64,000 nucleotides of DNA from an uncultured virus (IMG/VR IMGVR_UViG_3300020213_000033) (IMGVR_UViG_3300020213_000033); one strand, 5' to 3'. Positions 41,826-51,155 are shown, counted from the stretch's first letter. Numbers and translations: made by a program. The notes: generated by a model not told the origin, from the letters alone.

Positions 41826-42278
41826 GGCCGGGACTCTACCTGAAGGGCGAGGCGCGGCGCCAGTGAGGAAGGCGTGCCGTTTCTGGCCACTTCCCTTTTT
41901 GCCCACTCTTTTGAGTGTGTGATTCAAGCAGTCCACGTAGGCGAATCGTGGTATCGAGCCGGATTGCTTGACTGTTTAAGCTCGCACGCGGCGCCATTGC
42001 TGCACCTGCACCACCTGCGCCACCTGCAGCTTCGGCCGCCGTGGCTTGGCGAGCCGCGCTGCCGGAGCCCAGGGGCCGACATGCTGCTGTCCTGAGAGCT
42101 GCCGAGCGCGAAGCTCGAGCGCTTGCGTGCTGGCCTCTTTCGTGAGCCTCACACGTCTGGCGAGTAGTTCGGCGTTGAGTTGGGCGTCGGTCATGGGATG
42201 GCACGTGGTGATTTCATTGGGGTTTCCTGAGATGTCGCACGGCTCTGCACTTTTCTTTCGGTCTCGTGTCGATTGCTG

Positions 42279-42308
42279 TTGACACGCGCTGAGCGCGTAG
42301 CATATCCT
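42279..42308 (+). promoter_or_regulatory. sigma70-like promoter with palindromic operator
   Basis: TTGACA-18nt-TATCCT; perfect inverted repeat ACGCGCT-G-AGCGCGT at 42284..42298. Confidence 0.6.
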
Positions 42309-42372
42309 CCCTCTATCGACGGTCGCTTGTGACTGTTCGACGCCGGCCCGCGAGGGCAGAGAGCAGGATGAC

Positions 42373-42591
42373 ATGAGCAGCATGAGAACGAATCTAACAG
42401 CAGGCACCCGCGTCACCCTCGCACTCGACGGGGAGACGTTCGAGGCGGTTGTTGAGTCGACGGCCGTTCGCTACTCTCGCCATCTTGGCGCAGATGTTAC
42501 CTTCGTCACGTTCCATGAAGCGGGCGATGTCACGGCCGGCCTCACCTTCACCCTCGACGAATTCACAGACGCGATCCACGCGGCCGGCTAG
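42373..42591 (+). CDS. Small hypothetical protein (plus-strand operon gene 1)
   Basis: 72 aa, beta-rich, downstream of promoter. Confidence 0.65.
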   Translation: MSSMRTNLTAGTRVTLALDGETFEAVVESTAVRYSRHLGADVTFVTFHEAGDVTAGLTFTLDEFTDAIHAAG

Positions 42592-42661
42592 TCGAGTCTC
42601 CGCTCTGCCCAGGGCGCGGTCCTGGGCAGCGACGGATACTCGACCTTCAGGAGCACAGACC

Positions 42662-42997
42662 ATGACCATCTACACCATCACCGCCGCCCGCGTTGACCTC
42701 ATCCCAGCCGACCTCCTGGTCCCAGTGCTGGGGCTCGACCTCGCCAGCCTGTCGCACGACGGCGGCGCCGACGCGTCGCACACCGAGACGTATCTCGATG
42801 CCGCCGGACAGTCGTGGGATCTCCCGGTCTACGGGCTCGTCGTCGGGACACGCATCCTGATGTGGAGCCGCACTGACGAGGCTGGCGTCGATGACGTCAC
42901 GGTCCAAGACGTCACTGAGGCCACAGACGACGTGCATGACTACGCGGTGGCGCTGGCCGCTGGGCTCGACGCGGCCCCCTGGCCGGAGTCCCACTAG
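42662..42997 (+). CDS. Acidic hypothetical protein (plus-strand operon gene 2)
   Basis: AGGAG RBS before ATG 42662. Confidence 0.7.
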   Translation: MTIYTITAARVDLIPADLLVPVLGLDLASLSHDGGADASHTETYLDAAGQSWDLPVYGLVVGTRILMWSRTDEAGVDDVTVQDVTEATDDVHDYAVALAAGLDAAPWPESH

Positions 42998-43240
42998 ATG
43001 CCGACCCTGCACCTCACTGGACTCACCCCTGATCTCGTCTCCCGTGTCCGCGCCTACGCGCGAGCGCGGGACCTGTCCACCGCGGCCGGCGCCGCCCATC
43101 TGCTCTCTGTAGGCCTCCAGTCGGTCGCAGCGCGCACCGCAGGAGCCACGGCCCTGAATGCCAGCCGCACGCCCGAGGAACGCTCTGCCGCGGCCCGGAA
43201 GGCGGTCCTGGCCCGCTATGGACGCACCGCGCCCGTCTGA
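42998..43240 (+). CDS. Putative RHH DNA-binding protein
   Basis: MPTLHLTGLTPDLVSRVRAYARARDLS; C-terminal RTPEERSAAARKAVLARY. Confidence 0.65.
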   Translation: MPTLHLTGLTPDLVSRVRAYARARDLSTAAGAAHLLSVGLQSVAARTAGATALNASRTPEERSAAARKAVLARYGRTAPV

Positions 43241-43263
43241 TGCATATAGGCGCGGCTGAAATG

Positions 43264-43611
43264 TCATGGCGTCGGCGTAGCCTTCGGTGTGATCGTCGGC
43301 TGTGGGAAGAGCCCACCACAGAATGGGCAGTCGATCGCGCCCCGCTCAGCGCGTAGGATCTGCGCCACGGCGTCGTCGGCACTCGTGGGTCTCCTGAGTT
43401 TCGGCCTCACGCCTTGCAGAAATGCACACGCCACAATTCCATCGGCCCAATCCTCCACATCAGGGAGGGGCTCGGCCCGCCCCGCGTCCACGTCGAGGGG
43501 CACGGCAGTGGTGAGTGCGGCGATGGCTACGGTCAGCGCCTCGCGGAGCGTCAAGTAGTACTCATCGGGCCAGTTGCCCTTGATTGCGGCGATGGCTTGC
43601 TCTGGGGTCAT
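43264..43611 (-). CDS. Hypothetical protein
   Basis: ATGA-coupled; C-terminal CPFC. Confidence 0.65.
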   Translation of the reverse strand: MTPEQAIAAIKGNWPDEYYLTLREALTVAIAALTTAVPLDVDAGRAEPLPDVEDWADGIVACAFLQGVRPKLRRPTSADDAVAQILRAERGAIDCPFCGGLFPQPTITPKATPTP

Positions 43612-43808
43612 GACGTGGCCTTTGGTGTGTAGCCCAGCCGGCAGCCGTCATCGGGAGTGACGTGCGAATCTACCGCGATGGACTGGCTATTGCGGCACAG
43701 GCCGCGAGAGGATGGCCCGAGCTTCTCGAAGTGCGCGCACGTCCCGCAGGTGCCGGCGCTCAGCGCGTCGTCGAGTGCGCGTAGGATGTCGCCTGTGATA
43801 GTCGTCAT
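43608..43808 (-). CDS. Small 4-Cys protein
   Basis: CGTCAHF...CRN...DDGC. Confidence 0.6.
   Translation of the reverse strand: MTTITGDILRALDDALSAGTCGTCAHFEKLGPSSRGLCRNSQSIAVDSHVTPDDGCRLGYTPKATS
43627..43790. repeat. 164-bp perfect direct repeat, copy 1
   Basis: Identical to 44189..44352 by base-by-base comparison. Confidence 0.97.
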
Positions 43809-44173
43809 GGCTTCTTGGTCCAGGTGAACTGCACGCCTACCTGTTGCATGCCGGCGTTGAGCGCGGCGACGCGGGCGGTGTCGTCGACGTGACCGATGTA
43901 AGGCTTGTCATTGATGCTGTAGTGGTCCAGCAGGCCACCCTTGTGGATTCCCATCACACGGCGGAGCCGGGGGGTTAACACCTGGGGGGCAAGATCCGCA
44001 AGTATATACTTCTCTTCTATGTCCGCATCCGTCAGTCCCTCCGCCCGACAGAGCAGCCCGATGCAGCACATCTTGCCTTCCGGGGTGCGGAGTTGGTAAA
44101 GATCACGCTTCCCTCGATGCCAGACGTCATCGGGGAGATCTACCACGAGGGGGGCGAGAGGGGGGTTGGTCAT
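43805..44173 (-). CDS. Hypothetical protein between direct repeats
   Basis: GKMCCIGLLC...IND motif; ATGA overlaps. Confidence 0.7.
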   Translation of the reverse strand: MTNPPLAPLVVDLPDDVWHRGKRDLYQLRTPEGKMCCIGLLCRAEGLTDADIEEKYILADLAPQVLTPRLRRVMGIHKGGLLDHYSINDKPYIGHVDDTARVAALNAGMQQVGVQFTWTKKP

Positions 44174-44460
44174 GGTGTCTCCTTCGCCGTGTAGCCCAGC
44201 CGGCAGCCGTCATCGGGAGTGACGTGCGAATCTACCGCGATGGACTGGCTATTGCGGCACAGGCCGCGAGAGGATGGCCCGAGCTTCTCGAAGTGCGCGC
44301 ACGTCCCGCAGGTGCCGGCGCTCAGCGCGTCGTCGAGTGCGCGTAGGATGTCACTCGCGCGAGCGTTCGCTAACAGTCTCGCATTGGGCTCCCATTTCGC
44401 CACGCTGTCGCGTAGGTAGCGCAGCACCACGTGTGGAGAGGCGTCATCGGGGGTCGTCAT
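44170..44460 (-). CDS. 4-Cys protein sharing its C-terminal half with 43608..43808
   Basis: GAGGAG RBS; identical 54-codon segment. Confidence 0.65.
   Translation of the reverse strand: MTTPDDASPHVVLRYLRDSVAKWEPNARLLANARASDILRALDDALSAGTCGTCAHFEKLGPSSRGLCRNSQSIAVDSHVTPDDGCRLGYTAKETP
44189..44352. repeat. 164-bp perfect direct repeat, copy 2
   Basis: Identical to 43627..43790. Confidence 0.97.
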
Positions 44461-45206
44461 GGGGTCTCCTCTGGGGTCCAGGCGAGCAGGGCTTCGCGGT
44501 CTGAATCGTAGCGGTCACACGCCACCCCGAACGCTTCCACATCCTCGCCCCCGTCCTCCTCGTTCAGCACGGCTATGGCATCCGACGACGCGCGCCACGC
44601 CGCATGCAGCGCCACGAGACTCGGCGGCGCACCCTCCCCGCGTCCAAATTCCCGCCCCGCCGCCGCGCCTGCCGCATAGGCGACAGAGGCGTCAACGCGG
44701 GCATCGCGGAAGGGGTCTGGCCCCGCGATGACGTCGCCCTCGTAGTCGCGGAATTGCGGGGTCGGGGCGCGGAAGGTGGACTGCTGGACACGCGCACAGA
44801 CGGGGCACCAGCCAGTGGCGGAGGTGCAGTGTGGGTGATAGCGGTAGGCGATAAACGCATCCGCGGTCGCACGTTCCGTGGCGGTGAGGGCGGCGACCTG
44901 CACCTCTAACTCCAGCACCCGCGCCTGTGCCGCTTCGGCTGCGCGGCGGTTCGGCCGGCAGTCCGCGTGGTACGCGGCGTCGTCGCGGAGCGTGGCGACG
45001 TGCCGCGTCAGCGCCCGCACACAACAGGCACGGCACCAGACCGCAAGATCGGGGCCTCCGCATATCCATCCTACTGTCGTGGTATGGCTGCTGAGGTCAG
45101 ACTCGGCGAGCCTGGCAATGAACGCGTCGAGGGTGGGGTCAGCCACGGCTGGCGGTTGATCGTTACGCCAGAAGCCGTCACCGTTTTTCTTCGACGGGAT
45201 CGCCAT
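44457..45206 (-). CDS. Hypothetical protein with Cys clusters
   Basis: AAGGAG RBS; mosaic 249-aa ORF. Confidence 0.6.
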   Translation of the reverse strand: MAIPSKKNGDGFWRNDQPPAVADPTLDAFIARLAESDLSSHTTTVGWICGGPDLAVWCRACCVRALTRHVATLRDDAAYHADCRPNRRAAEAAQARVLELEVQVAALTATERATADAFIAYRYHPHCTSATGWCPVCARVQQSTFRAPTPQFRDYEGDVIAGPDPFRDARVDASVAYAAGAAAGREFGRGEGAPPSLVALHAAWRASSDAIAVLNEEDGGEDVEAFGVACDRYDSDREALLAWTPEETP

Positions 45207-46044
45207 GGATCATCTCCTTCAACGCGCGCTCGCGGTGTAGTCGTTGCAGGTGCCACCGTCGCGTGGAGTGACACTCTCTGATGCGGGCCTGCTCATGCAG
45301 ATAGGCGTCACCGAGTGTGTCCATCGGAATCACCTCCTCGGCGCGTGTCCAAATCGTCCGACGAATACCAACAACGCACGGGTCGTCTTGCCACGCTTTA
45401 GCCTCTGAAATCAATAAACCGCTCATCTCCTCATCTGGTTGTCCCGCGTGCTTAGACCTGTAAATCACATCATCCCCCGCTTCGATCACCGGCATCTCGG
45501 GCGACGTGGCGGCCACCATCTCGTCACCCCGCCGCTGGATGGTGACTTCCATGTCGACTCGGCCGTCTTCCGGCCTGATTTGGCGCAGCTCACGCACGAA
45601 AATCACATCCCATCCGGCTGGCACGACAGCGCAAAGCCATGCCGAGAAGGGCGGCGTGAACGGTGGAGGCTCGGGAGTGGGTCGGCCGTAAAGCGAATAC
45701 CCTTGTTGCGACCATGCGAGCGTGCGGTAGCGCGGTGAGGTTTCCGCGTCCCTCTCTTGCGTGATCGCGGCAGCCTCCTGCACCATCGCGACCGCCACGT
45801 TCCCCATGCGGGGCGGCGCCGGACATGCCGGTACCGCCTTGAAGATTTCATCGTCCACGCCTCGGCGTGCCACGCACGCATCGATGAGCCCTTCCGCGTC
45901 GCGTGCTGTCAGGCCGGTATCGATGGTGCGTTCGGCGTAGGTGGTCAGGTTCACGGCGACCACGTCAAAGAGTTGGGGGTCGTTAGACGTTGGTGGCTCC
46001 TGGGGCGGCAGCGCGAGCGAGGCGCGAAAGTCATCACTGGTCAC
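45178..46044 (-). CDS. Hypothetical protein
   Basis: 288-aa ORF in coupled array. Confidence 0.6.
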   Translation of the reverse strand: MTSDDFRASLALPPQEPPTSNDPQLFDVVAVNLTTYAERTIDTGLTARDAEGLIDACVARRGVDDEIFKAVPACPAPPRMGNVAVAMVQEAAAITQERDAETSPRYRTLAWSQQGYSLYGRPTPEPPPFTPPFSAWLCAVVPAGWDVIFVRELRQIRPEDGRVDMEVTIQRRGDEMVAATSPEMPVIEAGDDVIYRSKHAGQPDEEMSGLLISEAKAWQDDPCVVGIRRTIWTRAEEVIPMDTLGDAYLHEQARIRECHSTRRWHLQRLHRERALKEMIHGDPVEEKR

Positions 46045-46313
46045 TTTTTCGCCTCCTCTAGTAACTCCTGGTGGTTGGCGTGTGCCCGCACCGCCTCGTC
46101 GATCGCCAGCCGTGCATCAGCGATGGCCTTGGCGAACAGCATCGGAAGGTGCCCGGCGCAGCCCGCGCTCTCTAGGCATTTATTCGCCCTATCGAGTGCC
46201 CTTGCCACCGCGTGGCCCTCCGCCGTGGCGAGCGCCCCGCGCGCAGCTTCCACTGACATCGTGCCGGTGAAGATCGCTGATATGGTGCCGGCGTCGATGG
46301 AGTTATCTGGCAT
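46041..46313 (-). CDS. Hypothetical protein
   Basis: GAGGAG RBS before ATG 46313. Confidence 0.6.
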   Translation of the reverse strand: MPDNSIDAGTISAIFTGTMSVEAARGALATAEGHAVARALDRANKCLESAGCAGHLPMLFAKAIADARLAIDEAVRAHANHQELLEEAKK

Positions 46314-46905
46314 CGTCGTCTCCTCGGAACGTGTCCAACCGGTTGAGGCGCATTGCGTTCTTGCGCTCCGCCTTCTCGAGCGCCGCACGGGTCTTCCAGC
46401 TCCAGAGAACGTGCCGCGGATTACCCATCAGGATGCCCGGCTGTGGCCGGTAGATGCTGATGGCTGAGGCATACATCGCGCCGGCCTTCGTGATCCCATC
46501 GGCCCGCAGGTAGGGCACCCGGTGGGGCATCTCGCGGATCTCGACCGCGTGCCGCGTGTAGCGCCACCAGCCCACGCTGCTGTCGTGCGGGTGCAGCGCG
46601 ACAATGGTCATGTCCTGACCGTGCTGCGCCACCGCCGCCATGAAGCGCAGAATCAGATCCGAGCTGTAGGGCATGTTCAGGAACCCCACGCGGCCGTGGT
46701 CCGCCCAGCGCGCCGCCAGGGCGTCCTCCGCACGCCCACCAGGGCCGAGCCAGCGCCGGCACAGTGCATTGGTCGCGTCCGCGGCAAGGTCGAGGTCGAA
46801 GCTGAACTCGGCATCGAGCGCGGCGAAGAGCGGCAAGGGGGTGCGCCAGCTGTCCGATGCGCGGACCTCGCCGGGCGCGAGCTTGGTGCGCTTGATCTGC
46901 TTCAT
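46303..46905 (-). CDS. Phage Dam-type DNA N6-adenine methyltransferase (variant motif NMPY)
   Basis: DSWRTPLPLFAALDAEFSFDLDLAADATNA; DALAARW; FLNMPYS. Confidence 0.85.
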   Translation of the reverse strand: MKQIKRTKLAPGEVRASDSWRTPLPLFAALDAEFSFDLDLAADATNALCRRWLGPGGRAEDALAARWADHGRVGFLNMPYSSDLILRFMAAVAQHGQDMTIVALHPHDSSVGWWRYTRHAVEIREMPHRVPYLRADGITKAGAMYASAISIYRPQPGILMGNPRHVLWSWKTRAALEKAERKNAMRLNRLDTFRGDDDAR

Positions 46906-47348
46906 TTCATCGTCCTCTTCGGTTGCGGCGCGAGCCCGCCCTGTACGTGCTGCACGGCCGCTTGGATCTCCAACGCCCACCTTCCCATCCTGAGGCTGAA
47001 AACCGACAAGTGGCGCAGCACCAGAGCCGCGTCGTCGAGATCCGTGGCGTCCGTCGGCATCGCGCAGTCCCAGGCAACGAACGCGAGGAAGTCGGCCAGC
47101 TCGACGATGGTGTCGAGCGGGTGGCCCACGATCATGGTGTTGACCTGCTCGCGCAGCGCGATGCTGGCCAGACACGCCGGGCACGTCGTGGGCGTATGCA
47201 CGCCGTCCTCGAGTGCGTGCTGGTAGCCGCCGCCGTCCGCGAGTGCGTGCTGGTAGCCGCCTTGCGGGTCGTTGGGCGGCGGCATGACGGCCGTGCGCGG
47301 CTTCGGGGCCGCGGGGGCCTTCTTCTTCGGGCGCGTGGGTGTGGTCAT
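46902..47348 (-). CDS. Hypothetical protein
   Basis: Contains tandem GGYQHALxDG; CPAC. Confidence 0.6.
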   Translation of the reverse strand: MTTPTRPKKKAPAAPKPRTAVMPPPNDPQGGYQHALADGGGYQHALEDGVHTPTTCPACLASIALREQVNTMIVGHPLDTIVELADFLAFVAWDCAMPTDATDLDDAALVLRHLSVFSLRMGRWALEIQAAVQHVQGGLAPQPKRTMK

Positions 47349-47349
47349 G

Positions 47350-47544
47350 TCACCGTTCCTGTTCGGGGTCGATCGGCAGTTCGGCGGGGGTGGTCGGGTC
47401 GGGCAGAACCATCGGCCAGATCCCTTCCAGTAGGGCGAGCGCGACCAGCAGCAGCAGGATGATGACCCAATCCCGTGCGGTGAGGCCGAGGAACATCCGC
47501 CGCCACGGGCGCGGGCGGACGTCGAGCTTGTTCGCGTCGCTCAT
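47350..47544 (-). CDS. Small membrane protein
   Basis: WVIILLLLVALALLEGIW. Confidence 0.6.
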   Translation of the reverse strand: MSDANKLDVRPRPWRRMFLGLTARDWVIILLLLVALALLEGIWPMVLPDPTTPAELPIDPEQER

Positions 47545-47792
47545 GGCCTCGGCAACGCTTGGACGTAGAGCACGTCTTTCTCTGCCCTGCACACGGCTAC
47601 TCTCGCGCGTAAGCCCTTCGCATTCGCCCGTTTGCGTATATAGCCAGTCGCGGAGACCATCGTCGATTGGAAATCAACGCCGTTCTGGAGGCGCCAGATG
47701 CGACCGTCGAGAAACCGATCAGGCCATGGCGGAATACCGCTCGGACCCGGTCGCCCTGCCGTCGACGGGAACGCGTCGATCACGTCAGCCAT
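47541..47792 (-). CDS. Small putative DNA-binding protein
   Basis: PWPDRFLDGRIWRLQNGVDF...VLYVQA. Confidence 0.6.
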   Translation of the reverse strand: MADVIDAFPSTAGRPGPSGIPPWPDRFLDGRIWRLQNGVDFQSTMVSATGYIRKRANAKGLRARVAVCRAEKDVLYVQALPRP

Positions 47793-47793
47793 T

Positions 47794-48219
47794 TCAGGGC
47801 GCCCCCAGATACGTCCACGTCGATTCGTGCTCCAGCGCCATCAGCGCCAGCGCGGCCACCGCGCACAACAGCAGCACCGTTGCCTGCACGGGCACGAGAT
47901 CGACCACCCACTGGGCGTCGATGTCGCGCGCGGGGCTGGCGGTGAACTGCACCGTGTCTTCCGCGTCCTCAGTGGCCGCGTCCCTCGAATCGAATGGGCC
48001 GGTCGGATACTTGCCGGCGACGGCCCAGAACCAGCGCGCGTCGTCCATCTCGAAGACGTCGAGCTGGTCGCGCCGATACCGGGTGGCGTGGATGGCCGTC
48101 ATGCCGCCCGGTTCGCCGCAGCGGGGGCACGTCGGCCCCTCGCTGGTGGTCTGGCAGTCGGCCGTGGGCGCGCGGTGGCCGCATTCGTGACAGACAAGAT
48201 CGCGGTTCAGTGTATGCAT
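47794..48219 (-). CDS. Zn-ribbon protein with C-terminal TM
   Basis: CHECG...CPRCG; AGGAG RBS. Confidence 0.6.
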   Translation of the reverse strand: MHTLNRDLVCHECGHRAPTADCQTTSEGPTCPRCGEPGGMTAIHATRYRRDQLDVFEMDDARWFWAVAGKYPTGPFDSRDAATEDAEDTVQFTASPARDIDAQWVVDLVPVQATVLLLCAVAALALMALEHESTWTYLGAP

Positions 48220-48271
48220 CGGGGCTGCTCCTACCCTATGCGGCCGGCGTGAGTGCCGGACCTCGACGCCG

Positions 48272-48300
48272 ATCCTACTGCCGATTTATCGTTCTGTCAA
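48272..48300 (-). promoter_or_regulatory. Near-consensus sigma70 promoter
   Basis: TTGACA-17nt-TAGGAT. Confidence 0.65.
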
Positions 48301-48538
48301 ATCGGGGGCTGCGTGTCGGCGCGCTTGGCCGCCGCCGTAGCCAGTACTTCCACTTGAAGGCGGCCCTGGTCCAGCGTGTGCCGCGCCGCGCCGCCTTCTG
48401 CTGGATGCGATGCTGCCGGGCGCTCAGGCCCAAGCGACGACGCGTCATGCGCGCCGAGTCCGGCGAGCATCGGTAGGTTCGGCCACCGTCTGATTGCCGT
48501 AGCCAGTACTTCCGGTCCGGCGTCGGGTTGTCGAACAT
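48275..48538 (-). CDS. Small basic hypothetical protein
   Basis: TGATG overlap with upstream gene. Confidence 0.45.
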   Translation of the reverse strand: MFDNPTPDRKYWLRQSDGGRTYRCSPDSARMTRRRLGLSARQHRIQQKAARRGTRWTRAAFKWKYWLRRRPSAPTRSPRFDRTINRQ

Positions 48539-49119
48539 CAGGGCCGCCAGAGCGCCACGCTCACCTTGTCGCCGCGCTGCACGCTGTAGCCAGGGATGGT
48601 GAGGGTCGCCGCGCCGAAGTAGAACGGCTGCAAGATCCCGTCGATGACGCTTGTGGCCACGTCGACGTCGCCGAGCCGATACCGATCGGTCACGGTGGCG
48701 TCGAAGGCCACCGCCGGAGGCGGGAGCCGCAGGCGCGGGTCCGCCGGCACGGTCGGCAGGAGCAGGTTGAAAATGGCCGGTGCCGAGCAGTCACCGTTGC
48801 CGTCACACGCCACCATCGCGTAGGCGTTCTGCGCCTGCCGAGACACGATCACGCCGCTGGCGGTGCCGAGTAGCTCGCAGTCCATCGCCGCGTTGCGCGG
48901 GTCTTCAATCCGCAGGCCCGGCGAGCTCGACACGCCGCCCCTGGCCAAGCCGCACGACATGCTCGACGCCAGGAACGTGCTCGTCGACACGGGAAGCGGT
49001 AGTGTGCGCGTCAGTCGATACGACGTGGGGAGCGGCACGCCGGGCAGCGGCTGCGCCTGCGCGGGGCGCGCCGCGAAGAGTACGAGACAGACGATCGCGA
49101 TGATGGCGAGGATTCTCAT
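48538..49119 (-). CDS. Signal-peptide protein, distant paralog of 241..684
   Basis: MRILAIIAIVCLVLFAARPAQAQ; shared YRL...TF.AS...CG.AR...R..DP...A.DC...P...RLR pattern. Confidence 0.75.
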   Translation of the reverse strand: MRILAIIAIVCLVLFAARPAQAQPLPGVPLPTSYRLTRTLPLPVSTSTFLASSMSCGLARGGVSSSPGLRIEDPRNAAMDCELLGTASGVIVSRQAQNAYAMVACDGNGDCSAPAIFNLLLPTVPADPRLRLPPPAVAFDATVTDRYRLGDVDVATSVIDGILQPFYFGAATLTIPGYSVQRGDKVSVALWRP

Positions 49120-49257
49120 GATGCTGTTCCTTTTCTTGTGAGGTGTCGTTGTGTCCGCTCTAGCCGGTGCCGCCGCTGCGCGCACCAGATGCACATCTTC
49201 AAGCGCCTTGAGCATAGCCTGACCGGGCGGTCACAGCCGGCGATGCGGCACGCGCGT

Positions 49258-49437
49258 CTAGCCCTCGGCAATGGCAATTGCGGCCGCGAGGAGGTCAACC
49301 TTGTCCCACAGTTTTTCGATGACGCGCTCCAGGCGCTTTACTCGCGAGAGCAACGCGCTGTCCCGGGTGCGGCCCGCCGTGACGTTGCGGAGGGTGGCGT
49401 CGGTCGGGTTGCGCTTCTTCGTGGTGGTCTTGGCCAT
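49258..49437 (-). CDS. Small coiled-coil protein (59 aa)
   Basis: MAKTTTKKRNPTDATLRNV...RVKRLERVIEKL; purine-rich RBS. Confidence 0.55.
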   Translation of the reverse strand: MAKTTTKKRNPTDATLRNVTAGRTRDSALLSRVKRLERVIEKLWDKVDLLAAAIAIAEG

Positions 49438-49485
49438 GTTGTTGTCCCTTTCCTATGTCGCGCCGTGCTGACGAACGATCCTTGC

Positions 49486-50130
49486 CTACTTGGCCCGCAC
49501 GAGCCTGAGCCCCGCCGCCGGGGCTAGCTCCTTCTCGATCACGTCGCGCAATTGCTCGCGACTCAGGCGGTCGAACTCGCCAGGGCGCCCCTTCTCGATC
49601 TTCGTGACCAATTTGCCGTGCGCCTTGAGCATCGTGATGATGGCCTCGAGCTTGCTGTGGAACCGGGGCTTCAGCACCATGTCGACGACGCCGTCGCCGG
49701 CCTCGACGTTCTGCATCACCAGATCCAAGCTGGCCATCGCCATGCGCGCCCGCGCGGGGATCGTGGACAGCGGGCGGACCCGGCCTTTGTCGTCGAGGAT
49801 GTCGGCGATGTCGCAGGTCGCGATCGCGTGGAGCTGCTCGAAGTAGACGTTGACGTCGACCTGCAGGTGGTCGAACGCGGCTTGCCGGGCGGCAGCGACC
49901 TGTGCTCGCACGCTGGGCTCCTTCAGCATCTCCGCGGCCCTAGTGCGGACGCCCGTCCCTGTGCAGCCGGCGGCACGCGCGGCGTCCTTGTGGGATTTGC
50001 CGGCCGCGACGTGCAGCGCGAACGCCTGGCGCTTCGCCTCGCGTCCCTTGGACTCGTTGGTGCCGTGCCGGTACCGACTGGTGGCGAGGCGGGGCGTGCG
50101 GGGGGTGTCCGCTTTGCGCTTCGTGGCCAT
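49486..50130 (-). CDS. Terminase small subunit
   Basis: AFALHVAAGKSHKDAARAAG...AAEMLKEPSV HTH; IATCDIADILD; HSKLEAI. Confidence 0.8.
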   Translation of the reverse strand: MATKRKADTPRTPRLATSRYRHGTNESKGREAKRQAFALHVAAGKSHKDAARAAGCTGTGVRTRAAEMLKEPSVRAQVAAARQAAFDHLQVDVNVYFEQLHAIATCDIADILDDKGRVRPLSTIPARARMAMASLDLVMQNVEAGDGVVDMVLKPRFHSKLEAIITMLKAHGKLVTKIEKGRPGEFDRLSREQLRDVIEKELAPAAGLRLVRAK

Positions 50131-51149
50131 TACTGCGTGGCGTCCTTGTGCCACCGGCGAGCATCCGATCCGAACGTGGTCCAGCCCTCGGTCGGCGCGC
50201 GCCCGAATAACTCCAAGTATGGACCGCCGGCGTACATCCGCTCGATCGCTTTTCTGAACGTTTCGGGCTTCTCCGAGAGGCGAGGGTCGCGCACGCGCTC
50301 GGCGTGGACGCTCTGGACCATCCCTTCGCCGTGCTCGCCGGTGGACCCGCCGCGGTAGTCGGCCACGAATTTGCCGCGGGTGGCGATGACTAGGTGCTCG
50401 TGGCGCACGTAGGTGTAGTGGCCGCCGAGGCCGCGCACCTTGTCCCAGACGATGTTCGTCCGCGCGGTGAAGTCCCACGCCTCGAGCACCTCGCGCGGGC
50501 CTGGGTTCTGCAGGATCAGCGACGGCGGCACCCAGAGGAACAGCACCGCGTCAGGCGTCGTGTGTGCCGCCACGGGGAGCTTGCACATCTCCGCCACCGG
50601 CATCGTTTTCCATGGTGGGGCCGCGTAGAGGACGCGGAACTGGCCCTCGAGCACTGCTTGGCCCTCGATGACGCCACGACGGGCCGCGGCGCGGATCTGC
50701 CGGCGCAGCTCGTTCGTGCTGTAGCCCTCGTCCGTGGCCTTCGTGAGCCACGCGCGTTGCTCTCCCGGTGGCAACGACGCCACTTCGCCGGAATGCGAGA
50801 ACGACGGGGCGAGCGCACGGGCCTCCACGTCGACATGCGTGGCGATGTAGTGCTGGTTCTTGATCGTGTGCAGCGAGAGCCCCAGCGACGACGTGACTTG
50901 TGCGGCCATGTCTTGCCACTCGGCACGCGTCTCGGCGTACGTCAGGAGGTCGCCCACCCAATACGGGGACGCGGTCCCGGTGGCGGCCGTGAACTCGAGC
51001 GCGGCGCGCCAGTTGTCCTGAGTCACCCGGCCGGTGAACAGGACCGACCGGGCTCTCAGCTTGATGCCCTCGAACGCCGCGATCGGGGTGTCGTCGAACG
51101 AAAAAACCCGTTCACCGGGACTTTTCGCGATAGCGTTCGGCTTCGCCAT
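50130..51149 (-). CDS. LmbU-like N-terminal domain fused to MT-A70-like methyltransferase (degenerate motif)
   Basis: YWVGDLL...SFSHSGEVASLP..EQRAWL; VLYAAPPW, VLFLWV, IVWDK, HEHLVIATRG, SEKP, YLELFGR. Confidence 0.8.
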   Translation of the reverse strand: MAKPNAIAKSPGERVFSFDDTPIAAFEGIKLRARSVLFTGRVTQDNWRAALEFTAATGTASPYWVGDLLTYAETRAEWQDMAAQVTSSLGLSLHTIKNQHYIATHVDVEARALAPSFSHSGEVASLPPGEQRAWLTKATDEGYSTNELRRQIRAAARRGVIEGQAVLEGQFRVLYAAPPWKTMPVAEMCKLPVAAHTTPDAVLFLWVPPSLILQNPGPREVLEAWDFTARTNIVWDKVRGLGGHYTYVRHEHLVIATRGKFVADYRGGSTGEHGEGMVQSVHAERVRDPRLSEKPETFRKAIERMYAGGPYLELFGRAPTEGWTTFGSDARRWHKDATQ

Positions 51150-51155
51150 GATGGC

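Noticed and set aside
43627..44352. CRISPR array or IS element
   Set aside because: Only two 164-bp coding repeats; no spacers, transposase or inverted ends.
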